DNA of 64,000 bases from Squalus acanthias (taxonomy: Eukaryota), in the NCBI GenBank assembly GCA_030390025.1, contig CM059434.1, positions 104,780,001 to 104,844,000 on the forward strand. Direction: 5' to 3'. The notes under the pieces were generated by a model. It was not told the origin of the DNA. It was given only the letters and a program-made list of their open reading frames with translations, and made no database searches. The position numbers and the translations under genes are program-made. Below, piece by piece: positions 62,816 through 64,000 of this stretch. Position 1 is the stretch's first letter. Each line of letters opens with the position of its first letter.

Positions 62816-63550
62816 GGGGGGAAAATTGGGTGCTGCCCATTTTGGGGCACTAACGTCGTCAGGGCGCTAATTTTAGCACCCTGAAAAAGTTAGCGCCCCT
62901 CCGCCATAAATTCAGTCGTAGCACCCCAAGCAGGAGGTGGGGCGCTACTGGAATCACTCCACCCCCTGCTTGGGGCGCTACTACTGAATATCACGGTGCT
63001 ACGTGCCGCTGCGCCACGTGCGTCGGCACGTAGCACCGCGTCATTGCAGGCCTCCTCCCCTGATTAAAGGGGAGGGGCCTAGTGCTGCGCGCACCGGGGC
63101 CCCACTGGACCACCGGGGAGCGGGTGCCGTGAAAACAGCTCGGCACTCAAGAGGAGTGCCGGGCTGAACGATCGCGGCCGGCACCCCGCATAGAAATGTT
63201 AAAGGGGGCAGGTGCTGACAGTCAGCCAAAATAAAAATGGCCCCCCGACACCAGCCCTTTAAGTAGCGTCGCCACTGCTGCAAAAACGCCCCCTGATCCT
63301 ATTGGACCATATCGTCCAGCGATAGGTCAGGGGGCGCAAGGGAAGTTGGCGGCCGGGGCGCAAGCGGGGTGCTGTGCACGGCGATGACGTCATTGCCGGT
63401 GGCGCAGCGCCGCGGGGCGCTACCGGCTACCGCCACCGCTAACCTCCCGTTGAATTTCGCAGGAAGCGTTAGCGGCGCTGCACCCAGGCGCTAGGGGATT
63501 TGCGCCCCCGGGATACTAACGAGAGTTGCAAACCAACTCAATTTTTCCCC
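62816..63550. mobile_element. Harbinger-type MITE
   Basis: TIRs GGGGGGAAAATTG / CAATTTTTCCCC, AAT flanks, GGCGCTA-rich subterminal repeats as in the adjacent element. Confidence 0.88.
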
Positions 63551-63894
63551 AATATGCCATAGCTTCTTCAGTCCACCTACTGTCTTGTTTTAAAATTAAA
63601 AATGTTGCCCATGCAAATATGTAGCATATACACAAGTGTATAGGCAAAAAAGATAAACACCAATCATGTAGTGTTACCCTGCACTGTTGGTAAACCATCC
63701 ACACTTATTCCAAACAAGGGTGGTGGAGTTGGCACTTATTACCCTGGTTATCTCCTTCCTGAAACTGGATTATGGCATAGTGTCTCAATGATACTGAGAA
63801 GTTGTTTTGCGGTTTAAGTACCTACTGATCAATATTACTTTATCATTTTTAACCTTTTTTTGTCTGGGGAAGGTGTGTTAACAATATTCTGAAA

Positions 63895-64000
63895 TAAATC
63901 ACAGAAGGAGGCCATTCGGCCCATCGAGTTTGCGCCGGCTCTTTCGAAGAGCAGTCCAGTTAGTCCCACTCCACCGCTCTTTCCCCGTATCCCTGCAACT
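63895..64000 (-). mobile_element. CR1/SINE 3' tail running off the window
   Basis: cacagaaggaggccattcggcccatc..ttagtcccactcc; same motif at 14200-14295. Confidence 0.7.

Overview
Eukaryotic, repeat-dominated DNA, most likely vertebrate and probably a cartilaginous fish (inferred from the mix of CR1 and L2 LINEs, Deu-domain SacSINE1-like SINEs and shark-type Penelope ends). I could not confidently identify any host protein-coding gene. The best-supported structures are: (1) a 4.1-kb PIF/Harbinger transposon (58547-62688) with TAA target-site duplication (TSD), an uninterrupted DDE transposase and a convergent three-exon Myb/SANT gene; (2) three more decayed Harbinger elements, an internal-deletion derivative and about eight Harbinger-type MITEs, several nested in other elements; (3) a Penelope-like insertion forming a near-perfect 723-bp palindrome with a 12-bp TSD and a minimal hammerhead ribozyme in each arm; (4) a 1.6-kb internally deleted Gypsy LTR element with both LTRs, PBS, PPT and a 5-bp TSD; (5) a near full-length but disabled CR1 LINE with an esterase ORF1; (6) a young pogo/Tigger-like MITE, an RTE fragment, and a 1-kb CT satellite next to a CpG-rich island. 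All calls were made by eye, and boundaries of old fragments are approximate.
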